Assembly (NCBI GenBank): GCA_002633005.1 | Contig: NMRA01000477.1 | Coordinates: forward strand, 292,397-333,220 | Origin: Phoronis australis | Taxonomy: Eukaryota; Animalia; Phoronida | Direction of reading: 5' to 3' | DNA: 40,824 bases | In this document: positions 15,301 through 27,300 of the stretch, in pieces | How positions within the stretch are numbered: position 1 is the stretch's first letter | Layout: every line of letters starts with the position of its first letter | Notes under the pieces: generated by a model | Database searches by the model: none | Told to the model about the DNA's origin: nothing | The model's input: only the letters and a program-made list of their open reading frames with translations | Program-made: the position numbers and the translations under genes

Positions 15301-18300
15301 ACATATGGTGATTTTGCAAATAATTGTTTCCAAAACACAACTCCTAGTTTGAGTCGAAGACCCTAGCGGAGGACATAAACAAAGAGTGGAAAACTTTGGT
15401 GAACAAAAACTGTAACAAGACTTACTGGTGACTGATTTTCAATCTTGAAGAGCTTACAGTGTCCTCACTGACAGGAATGACGAAGAAACTTACCTTGAAT
15501 AGAAAGGGTCATAGGGTGTGCGTCAGAGTTGTCAAAGTTCTTGCCCGTTACAGTGATTTCCGTTCCGCCCTCGATGCTTCCTTCCTTCGGGGAAATGCTC
15601 AACACCTCTGGAATGGATAACAGAATTACAATCACCACGAAAGTTCCTAAATGTGAGACAAAGACAACAGATTCAAAGGCATTCTGCAGCGCCACACAGG
15701 ACCCAACCATTGCTGTCTCCAGAGGTGCATTGAGTCATAAATAGACTGGCTGCAAAGCTCAGACAATGCATTCACAGCCAGTCTTTTGTAAGAGCTTATT
15801 GTGTCAACGGACTATGTGTTTTGGTACATATTCTGTATTAACTGATGCCTGAGCCTGACAATTCAATTGCATATTAAATATATTATCACTTTTAGAGAGG
15901 GACAGGACTGGTTCTGTAATGAATGCTTAAATTTTAAACAAAATGTTGTTTGTTGGAAGCTACACTGCACAAACCATGAGAGAAACAAAGTGGAATTTCT
16001 TTACAAAATTATTTTTGTTGAGAACTTTGACATAATGGAATTCAAGTTCGTCAACTTATTGAGGGCAAAAGACAAATAATTTTAACCTCACACTAGACAT
16101 TCAAGTATAATTATAAATGCTATTTTTTCACCTCCCATGTTTTTAAAGATTTAATTTCACACAGTACAAATTTCTGTACTTTGAGATAGTAAAACTCCTC
16201 CTAAAGATTAATTTGTAAATTACAGACGTGCGATCTTGGGCCCGTTCCAACAAAACTGACTTAGCTAAGACAATTCTTAAATTTTACTAAATTTTAAAAT
16301 AAAAGTTAAATTTGTCTCGAAATCATTTCAATAAAGAGATCTTTTTCTTGATTAATGTGTTTGAGGTAAGTTTTTTCTTAGTTTTGAAGAATTTACCGGA
16401 TGTGGAAGTTTCAAAGTTTTGAAGTTAAGACAAATCTTAGACTTAAGTCAAAAATCAACTTAAGTCAGTTTCCTGGAACGGGCCCCTTATCTTCAATTCA
16501 GTGGCATATCACGGCCTACAATATCAAAGGAGAATGCCACCCGATATAATTAGACTTTTTTACCATCTTAATCGGTCTATATCCACATCGCCTCTTATAC
16601 GGTCGACCTCACCTTGCCGAGAGGTGTCGCGTTAACCTGTGAGGAAGGTGAGAAACAACGCAGCGACGTCAGTGGTTCCTCTGCAGAGTGAATGCCGCTA
16701 TATTACGGTGCATCGTTCCCGCTTGTCCGAACTATGAAGCTGCGAAGAAAGTGGGTATATCGTTTTTTTTCGACTTCCTCGAGAGCCCGAAATGCATAGG
16801 AAGTGGCTCGCGGTAGAGAAGAATGAAAGGTATGCTGTTAATAGCAAGTATGAGGCCGTGAAACATCTCCGTGTCTGTGGCCGGTATTTCGTCGACATTG
16901 ATTTCTCCAACGAATTCCGGCTTACCAAAGAACTACCCATACGTTCCGTTGCCTATGCATGTTCACAGCGCCACTCTAGTATTTCTTGATCAGTGTATTC
17001 CGGTTCGAACTGATAGCCTGTGAAACCTAACAATCCGACCCATGAAGTCTTCGTCGGATGAGCTCTTGACTAAGTCGGGATTGGCGCCGGGCGAGTTGCC
17101 ATGTAGACATTTATTATTCTGCGTTCTGTTTCAAAATGAATTATTCTCATCCTAACCAATGCTTATATGAAACTGAAACAAAGTCTGTCTCATTAGATAC
17201 AATTTGCAATTTAAAGAAGCTACGGTGTGTCCAAATACCAAGAAATCCGTAACAGCAAAATAAAACACCACGTTTTTATAAGAACTCGGTGTATTTTTAA
17301 GGGTTTTACATCGAAGTTTGATGATTTATTGGTGTTAAACGATGAATTCAAGTGATAAGGTGACACCAGTAACCCGTGTTGTGAACTGCTGAACAGAGAG
17401 CGTGTGAAACCAATGACGTAATTGGATAATTTCAACACCTCCGTCTGCCGTCAGGTGTCAGGTAACGCAACCGAACGTGCCGTTATCGAGTAGAACTACT
17501 CGATCTAAATCGATACAAAATAGGTTGTTTTTTGGGTGGCATTCTCCTTTAACTGTGCCCTGTGACTCGCGTTAAAAATTCACAAGACTTAGAGTGATTT
17601 AAACGGTTGATACATGACCAACTGGAGCACCACAAATAAATGTTGCTAACAGAGTATTCAGAAATCCTACTTCCTAGATCCAACTCTCCTCTTTGGTGGA
17701 GTTTGAAAAATTTGAGCATGTTCAACACACAGTTCATCACTAACAGGCATAAGTCCCTTACCCTTAAATGAATAATTACCAGTTAATGATGCATGCAATA
17801 ATTATGTAAGAATTTCAACAGACTGTGTGGGGCCTTGGCTGAAGGTAAAGTGGCCCATAAGTTATTTCCTTCAAGTAGTGAGACAGAGTAAGATACAGAC
17901 CAGAACTAGTTAGGCCTACACTTTCTGATATGAGCTTTCAATGGGAGATTTTAGAATTTAAGGAAACTTCATTTTTCCACCAGCTAGTGTAATAAACTTT
18001 AAAAATTCTATCATAAAATTATGGAACGGAAATTTGCCGCTACTACAGAATCTATAGTGGTGAATAAAACTTTTGCTACCTGCGTACTGTTGATACATTT
18101 CGATCTTGCCAAGTGAGTTGACATGCAGTGGGCTATCTGCAGGATTCTTCCAAGTCTCGTAGTACGAGCCTGTCCTGCCGTATTCGCCGGACACAATCAG
18201 TGACACTCTCATACCACCTAGGTAAAGGAAAACAATCACAACAGGTGAGAAATGAAGACATTGCACTCGCAGCAGTTCTATATGAAAATGATTACAGGTT

Positions 18301-21300
18301 TAGGAAATAAGTAAGTTCAAGGATGGACGTGTTAGAGCAGCTATTCTTATAAAGACCTTAAGTTTATAAAGACCTTAAGTTTATAAAGACCTTAAGTTTA
18401 TAAAGACCTTAAGTTTATGAAAGAATTGACCCATAACAAAACATAACACTACATATAATTCTTTAGCCATTTCACAGAAAAGTAATAATATTACCAAATA
18501 AAAGCAATCAGATGTCATACAGAATGAATAATTTCCCACATTTTGTTTAAAAAGATATTCAAACACAAGTCAATCTCATTTATAAAAATATCCTTAATTA
18601 TAAAGTTAAATTTATTTTTTTATAAATTCACGCGTCAGCCATACTGGGGGCGCCAAGTAGTTAAAGAATTACAGCAAGACTTATAATGTAGAATTCAGAA
18701 TTTTAGCCTTGTTATAAAAATGTGATGCTTATTCTGAAATGCAAAATCAGTGGAAGCAATGACTGAATTTTATAATTGACCTATCGCAAGCTCCGCCCAC
18801 TAGTGAAATGTCGACAAACAAAAGCCAATAACTTTAACCTGACAAATGTGTTGTCGGGTAAAATGGCAGCTTGGAGACGAAGGTGTGTCAAGAATAATGC
18901 GTTCGAATTGGTCAGTTAAGCTGTCACTCAAAATCAAGGCAATAGGTCAATTGCAGCACTTTGCAAACATACCAAGAATACTTACCAATTTCATTTCCTT
19001 GGACTTTACAATACGCATACCCCCAGTCAAGATTCGTATCCAGCTTCAACATGTCTTTCTGACTGTCAACAAAAGGATTGAAGATTGAAACTAAAAGATA
19101 TACATTAAATTAGCTTGATGTCAAACAGAATATATGTTGAGAGACTTGTCACCTGACTTGAGACTTTTAAATTGTCACATCATGTGTGACCACCTCATTG
19201 AAATACCGCATTTAAAGCGACATACTAATTAAAAACTCCAATTTTCCCTATTCATCGTCTAAACACAGAAATCAATAAATATGACCATAAAGTAGAATGA
19301 ACAAATTGCGTTTTGCATTTATTGCCATTTCAATATCTCCAGTGTCAACCAATCGTATTCCTCATAGATGTCAAACGTTACTAATGGTAACGATAAGAGT
19401 AGACTGCATTGAACAAACAACAAAAAGGTTACGCTTTCCAGTGTGAACTTTACCGAAGATAAAATACACAATGGACGAGCAATTACTTACATCTTACACT
19501 CCTGGGAACCAGCCACTCCTCTGGAAAATAAAATAGTATTTGTTGTGAACAGTCAAATTTAACTGATATCACTAGTAAACTGGTAAAGGGACTGAAGTCC
19601 TATTGTGCACGAACATCCTGGGTGCACACATAGCGTGGCTATTACTTTGAAACATGTAACGTGAATTTCGATGAACAGTGATTGATTCTGCATCTGCCAA
19701 TGGAAATAGATCAAAAACAACATGGTCAAGATTTTTACCATGATAAATTGCCACACTTTGTCTATGTTCATCTCTGCTAATCATCTTGGGTCCTTCAAGT
19801 GGAAATAATCTACCAAGCCAAGTAATTGTCAAGTGGCGCCAATGTAGTGTGATGACATTGACGCAGTTCCTGTCACAAAACCAGAAAGATCCTTGCACAG
19901 TCTGCTGTGTCATGAAATTGACGCAGAGTTCATGATCTGTCACAAAACCAGACAGGTCCTTGCATAGTCTGCTGCTGGCAACTATCTCTAGCAGCAGATC
20001 TTGGCTATAAGATGACTTGAACCCAAAACACCAAAAGACCTATGGCGCCCACATTGGATGGAAACCCAGGAAACAGCACGTCTACAGTACCTCTTAAACT
20101 GAATGTGGGCGCCCGTATGATCCCTGCGTGGTCTTAGGTCCTCCAAGTGGTTGTTGCTGCCATAGACATCAGTCCATAGAAGACCTCGAATTTGCAACAA
20201 GGTCTCTGCAACACGCGAGAATAGAATTAGAGTGAAGACAAGAACAGGCTCTCACACTTCTTAGAGCAATAAAAGAAAACATTTTGGCTAGTGACAATTA
20301 TTTACTAATACTTTTTTGATCTTCTGAAGGCTGCACCATTGGCAGTTAAATGATGCTTGATAGTCTCAAAACCATAACAGAGTGAGATTTGCGGTCATTG
20401 AAACAGGTTTTTCATTGATACAATACAACCATATTTCCAAAAAGCAGTTCAAATCTGTGTATTAAAATTAGTATTCTTAGAAACAAGAAGCAACAACTTC
20501 AAGTTCACGAAGATCAAAATTCTTGATTTTGGACCCAACAGGTATAACTCCAAAAGTCAATCTACATAGCATTGGCTTAATTCCTTCAAAATTCAGGTTC
20601 GCTTGATTTACCAAAAATGGACTCTAAAATCCCACAAAGTCTTCAAATCGTTGACTGTTTGCTTTGACATTTTAACCCAGAAAGCAGGGGGTCCATTAAC
20701 TCAACAGAACTCCGTGACTGCTGGTTTACAGTAAGGTAACAGTAAAAATTGATATCATAAAGCATGTATGGCACTGGACAGCTTTCATATGGGAGTTTCG
20801 TAAATATCTCGTACGAACGTGGTGCCATTGATCTAGAATGAGTACAAAGTGATGACCAAAGAATTCTTTGATTAAGTTTGAGAAATTTGATTGAAAAACT
20901 TCTGCTGGATGGAGAAAAAAAATGAGAATCAGTTGTCTGGCATTCACAAGTACCAAAAGTTTGCAGTTTTGTTGCGTAAATGTCACGTGACCTCCGCAAA
21001 GCATGTACATGAACTCTAGATGAACAAATTTAGTCACACATTTGCAAACTTCAAATTCAGTGTAATTGCAACCAAAATTATTACTAATTCACACATTTTC
21101 TCACAATTTCTCGTTTCCATTTAGTCAAAAGCTGATATGACCCAGAAAAATACTTGCTATAGGGGATCAAGCAAACCACAGCATAGGCACACGAAGCAAT
21201 ACTGAGGTACGTGGTGAGTATTCTTACCACCAGGTGGAGCTGAACGAGGTTTAATCCAAGTTATGTAGGGGGTCTTCCATTTATCAACCTAAAATGAAAG

Positions 21301-24300
21301 AGTGTAGGCAAACATTGATCACTGTGGAACTGTGCATACTTCCGTTTTAAATGTATGAAGGATCATGTGTTCTACACAACCTTAAGTGGCACATGGTAAT
21401 TAATCAAAATGTTTACCTGCTTCTCATTATAAAATCATAATATTACGAGATATTAATTCAGGAGAGCACAAGAATACTGAGAAGGCACATTTCTGTGACA
21501 GCTCTCACAAACAAAAATCTGCAACACAGATTGATGACAAATTTGGCTTCAAATGTTATGTAAGTCCCTAGAAAAATGTTCAAATCTGTCTAACTTCATA
21601 ACGTCATATCTCAGGAATGGCTGATGGGATACACACTCAACTTTCACATACAATGGTTTATGCACTGTCCTAAATAGGTTGCTAGGAATTTCGTTTTTAA
21701 CATGTTCCAACATTACACGAGTGAATATCAAAGAACTGAATTTATGAAAAAAATCAAAAGTTACATAAAAGCAACAAACACAAAAGTGACATTTTAAAAA
21801 ACTGTAACAATCTTTTTGAGATTTCACCTTGAACGTTTATATTAGACTCTATGATTGATCAACTATTCTCCAGGAAAAGAATTCATTTTAAAGGTTTCAC
21901 TTTTTCATAACGTGAAAACAAAACCTGGGGACATTTTCAGTCAAAAGTTGCATAAAACAAAATTTTTAAAAAATGTGAAAATGGGAAGACGTCATTGTCT
22001 CCCTAATAGTAACCGTGCTTGAGTTGGCAACCTGCAAGTCGCCAATGCGACCTCAGATTGTGTTTGGCGACCTTGGAAAAATTCTAAGTCGTCACAAAGT
22101 TCTCACAGTGAGTATCAAAGCCAGACAATATTCCCCGAAATTCCTTTCGTTTGTGTCAACTCCCAAACTTTAAATTAATAACAGTTTTCCTAGATTTTAT
22201 ACCTTTGGTTCACAATTGTTCTGTTTATTTTGTGAAATCAGTGCATTTGGCACCCTAAGCAGTCCGCATACATTGAACACGCGCTTAAATTAAAACAGGA
22301 AGTAAACAGACAACTGCATTCTATCTTTGTTAGCAGGAGGAATTGAATTAGAGATTGAATGATATATCCTTTTCACGAGGAGAAACTGAAGAGGTATGCG
22401 CAAGTTTGTGAGAATGGAAGAAGGCACAACCTTTTTTTTCGACGTCAGTTTTTGGCAACCTCAGATTTCCTTTGCCGACTTGGGAATTTCCCAGACTCCA
22501 AATGTGACTTGCCATCAAGCTATGCGCCGACCACTGAATAACCTATTCACCTTATTTCATAAAAATTTGTCAGAACTCCGAAGACACAGAGGCAATCGTA
22601 AAACATAAAATTGTCACTAGAAGGCACGGCAGTAGTAGGATCCGACTGATACAATAAATGGGACATTAGTAAAAGTTCAAAATTGAATTCCAAACACTAT
22701 CTACTTTTAATTTTTTCACTGGTCGGATTCAGCAGTTTGTGGATATTTGGCAAATAAATACACAGACATGCTGATGGGGTCACATATATTAACATCAAAT
22801 CCATCTATATCACCATCTTTAAAAATCTGTGTTGAGTGCAGTGTTCATTCCCCGCGAAAATGCACTTCCAACAGCAGCCCCTAGGTGGCATCAGTAATAT
22901 GTCTTTCAAAATGAAAATTACCTTCACACATTCAACCAATTCAAGAACTGTTTACACAAATGAATTCTACCTTTATTAGAAGTGATGCCTTAAACTATGA
23001 AAAACATGCAACTTACTGCAACTCTGCATTCGAGTTTGGTACAAGTCGTGTTCTTTTGACCGATTTCACCAGGCTGCACTCGCACTCGGACATGGTAATA
23101 TCCCAGCGGCATACGTCTGCAAAACAGTGGAATTAAAATTACAGTAGCCCAAAATTTTAGAAGAAAAAAGTAGACCAAGACACCAACTTTTGCAGACACA
23201 TTTGATGGTTTCTATGCTTAATTCTCGAAAACGAATGAGGAGAGATATCAAGTCCGCAGTTGCAATTAACATAATTTTGATGAATATACGTCTGTAGGAA
23301 AATCAGAATACACACTCTTTTCCAGAATGGACGCAAAAAAGAATGTAGATTCCATGAATTTATGGGCATGAGCTGTCTTACAACATCTCTTGTGCTGCTT
23401 TTTATTGCCCATCTTTCCAGAGATTCTTATTTTATGTAATTTATAATTTTACACTCATATTTCTGTACCGCTATTAGTCATAATAAATGACCTTTATTTC
23501 GCCTATATACGGTCTCCTTTTTATCTCTGGAAACGGAGCTTGCGACACACCTATCATTTTCGGGACATATGTCGAACATAAATACATCTTTTTGTAATAA
23601 AGTTTTAGAAGTTCTATGTTTCTGTGACTCCCACAGTGAGTAATTTCACAGGGAATTGAATCTAAAAAGCTAATGAACAATCGCTGATCAGACATGAATG
23701 TAGTGTAAGTCAATTAAAAGAAACACTCCACAACTAAATCCGTGTTCGGCATCAACTAAAGGTATTAATTTGGTGTTGATGTCAAAAAGTACTCAAACGA
23801 AAATGACCACTTGATAAACAAAGAATTGAAATTGAATGATCTTCCACTTGGGTAACAGCAAATATTGCACCAGGTGAGTGGGCATTTTCCGGAGATTCCC
23901 GTGTTATTACAAGAAATTTGGGTTGCAAATTAGAGCACTAGAGACAGAGTTCCTTAAATCATCTAGCCCCAAGCTTGAGAATCAACGTTCGATGACATGC
24001 AGGAATTCAATACTAGCGCATTTTTTTCTGAAACTTTACCTACGACTAAACGTCAAATCCCAATCTGTTTACAGCTTCAGCCAGGAATCTTCAAGTCCAC
24101 TATGTATGAAACGCACGAAGGTCAAATAAACTGACTTATAAGTTCTTTTCAATCTAATTGGCCAGCTTTGATTCTTCATTCACCATGATCATTGCAGATT
24201 TGTGCTAAACATGACACACTGCCTTAATCAAATTTCATTGCACCCCTCATGCAAAAGTGTAAAATTTTAAAAACAATTCCCAACAGCCCCGGGGCATATA

Positions 24301-27300
24301 TTAAGCATAGCACCTGAATCAACCAATCAGCCATTTCTGAGATGTGATCCAAAATTAATCAAATTAGGACATTTGTCTGCATTAAATTGATTTTCATTCA
24401 TAAAAAGTTGTTCACTTAAAGAGCTCTGGGTATCAACCCAGACCAATACATTAAAATATTTTAGATAATTGAAAGCATTTCAAAAACCATTTCAAAAACT
24501 TCTATTCTAACTGATGACAAGCCAATGGTAACTATGGAAACCAAACTCCAAACCAACTTCAGAGGCGTATCCTAGGGTTCAGGGGGTTTAAACCCCTCCC
24601 CTCCGGACAGGATCAAAAATAAAAACAAAATCAGCTACAAAAACAAAAAAAATCCACTCCGTGCTAAACGTCTCGGATTCGCGCGAATCCTAAGAAACCC
24701 CCTTAATGAAAACATAGATCTGCCACTGAACTTACACAGTGTAGCACATGAGCTTTTCTGCGGTGGATCCCTCAGCCTGGTATTCACACGGGAACTCCAG
24801 TTTGTCTGAAAACAGTGTGATTTCATTGCGACCCGGATTTGGGTGGTCAAAGTTCTTGCCCGAGATTGTCAACTTGGTTCCCCCAAATTGTCCACATAGT
24901 CGAGGCTCAATGTTATTGATGACGGGAAGAGCTGAAAGTAATGAAACAAATGGATAAGACAAACACCCTCTGCAGCATCTTCTACCCCAGACAGCAGTTA
25001 AAAAAATGCTATGTATCCCACCAGTTCAGTTGGCTGTATGTGTACTATGAGGATACTAGACCACATAGGTTATAGTCTATAGACAACACGTGTAGCCTAC
25101 AAGTGTACATACATGCTGCCTGTACTGTAGTCTATGGACAGTGATCACGGCCTCGAAATTGGCTACGTTGAGGTTCTGAGAATAGGCATCTTGGCATTAT
25201 TTTATACTAGCTAAGCTTAGATTATCTTAGATAAGATTTACATTATTTTCTAGTGTCTAGTTTGCAACATACAGGAATGGGCGTTTCATCCACTAAATAA
25301 CGGGCGTTATTCACTGATTGCCTGGTTCTCTAAATCAGGGTCCATTATATCTAACTAGTGCCAAGTAATTTAAAAAAGCATAGTGCCATCATGTTACATG
25401 GACAGAAAATGCGCCAAGGAATCCATAAACCGTGTCGAACGCCGCTCGCGAGTTACAAACCGGAAATGTTGAGGCAAATAGGTGGCGCTCTGTAATAGGG
25501 TACAAGCGGATTCTGTAGAAAACCTTGAAAAACTAGATTCGTCATGTAGTACATGCGGAGCCCGCGTTCACAATAGGTTCGTTCGCGCGATGTTCTTGGA
25601 TTCACGGAACCCAACTATGGACTGTGCGCCAAGTTTAGCTAATTCGATAATCCCCCACGTTTTTGCAGAATTGGCACTGCCAAAAAAATAAAATAAAACC
25701 GGATAACAGCCAAGTGAGTATTCTGTTTATAAAATTTAGACTTCGGTTCTAAATTGATTTTCTCTGAGATGTCACCACTCGAAAGCCGACGAAAACATTT
25801 TTTTGTACCATATCGGCGCTTTTAAAAACTCAGCCTCTGTACCGTAGAAGCCAAGGTCTCGCAAATTTGTAGGCAATCCTACGAACCCTGCGAGTTTTTG
25901 AGAAAGCGGCCCCCGCTCGGCTGTCATTCCACTGCGTGAATACCAGTCACAGAATTTATTCGCGAGAATCTTAAAGCGGTGACGGGGCTTGCAAAGAGAG
26001 TTTTTTTCGAAAGAACACCTGGACACAAAGCCACTATTCAGAATAGGCCTGAGGCTAGCTCGAAGACTTTTCAGTTGGAAGAAAATTCACAAATCACATT
26101 ATTCCAACAATTGCGTTGCTTAATGAATCTGCATACTAAAGCCTTTCATATTTATTGAGACAAAGAAGAAAGAACAGATGAGTGAAAAGGTCATTTTATT
26201 TTTTTTTCTAAACCTCATAGGCCTATTACTCCCAGATGGATGCTCTGCTGGTGCAATATTTTGCATACCGAGTAGTAAACCAAGTCAAAGAGTCCTGGGC
26301 TCAAGAATTCGATTGCACAAAAGGCCAACTAGGCTTCCCCTAGTCTGGTGTATATCATCAGTCGTTCGTACAACACCGATTAGAAATCAATGAACATTTT
26401 CATCTTATGTAAACTAATTAGCAACACAAGAATCCAGTCAATACTTAACTAGTCAATCAGCAATTAATCGTTTTGCGTTGTTGTCATGCACCAAAAAATT
26501 AGTTCAATCTCTATAGAGGAACTCCAAACACCGCACGTGATAATGATTATAGTATCTAGAGTCTTGGTTCGTTGTGAATTGTGACCTTCCTTAAAATTTG
26601 TTCATCATTCAATGATGGTGCTGCTTGCTCCTCAATGTCTGGAGAAATAAAACAAAAATATTGCTTTTTTCAAGAACTTTGATTTCTTTCTAGCAAAAGA
26701 AATCAATGAGTAGGCTATATATAAACATGACTCAGCAATTCAATTATGAATTTGCTTTGTTGTATTTCTACACTTACAAATCGCCAGTACCATTGACTGT
26801 TAGTCTGCTCCGGAAAAACCATTTAGCCTCTTACACCAATTTCACACTTGAGCTGTAAGCAGCTAGACAAGAAATTTGAACGCATTTTGCAACACCATCC
26901 CACAGTTCTGTCGTTACAACGGGTGCAAAGTTCACAGCGCAGGCGCACCCATGATCGGGCGTCGAAAATTGTCATAACCATAAATGCAAACTTCAATAAC
27001 CCAATTAAATTTCTTGGTATGAATTTACTTGAAAGTCGCACACTCCCTGTCCTGTGAAAACCTAAGGCGCATGACTTTGAATAGGCATTTATCTTCATCA
27101 AAGACCCCCTTTCCGCTTCAATTTAGTTTTTTACTATATAAAATCAAATTAAAGAGGCAAAATCGGTTGTTCGGCGGAAAAGGTGCACTTCGGGGTAATT
27201 TTTGGTTTACTGAAGTTATTAGCTTTGACCACAGTTATCAAACAGCAAAATCCGAGTGATTGTGAGGAAATGAGGTGAAAAGCGGAAATGTATTGGAGGA

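Larger units (their letters stand above)
16528..17548. mobile_element. Non-autonomous Kolobok-type DNA transposon, 1021 bp, in intron 8
   Basis: Perfect 15-bp TIRs AGGAGAATGCCACCC (16528-16542) and GGGTGGCATTCTCCT (17534-17548). Flanks are TCAA and TTAA (TTAA TSD with one change). AG..CT termini plus an internal THAP relic fit Kolobok rather than piggyBac (CC..GG termini). Confidence 0.85.

Noticed and set aside
15743-15784. Hairpin AGACTGGCTG / CAGCCAGTCT as a pre-miRNA
   Set aside because: The 10-bp stem does not extend; too short for a miRNA precursor.
17658-17740. Possible intronic C/D snoRNA (GTGATGA...CTGA on the minus strand)
   Set aside because: No terminal stem and no recognisable rRNA-antisense guide; such box pairs occur often by chance.
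18347-18418. Regular short repeats resembling a CRISPR array
   Set aside because: Units are head-to-tail with no spacers, in a spliceosomal intron of an animal gene; it is a minisatellite.
3454-24957. Plus-strand ORFs overlapping exons (3454-3801, 5907-6155, 15529-15744, 24748-24957)
   Set aside because: They are antisense shadows of the minus-strand coding exons.
26778-26830. Alternative first exon ending in |GTAAGT (MVLAI...)
   Set aside because: Only five codons in the required phase with no signal peptide; exon 36682-36757 fits much better.
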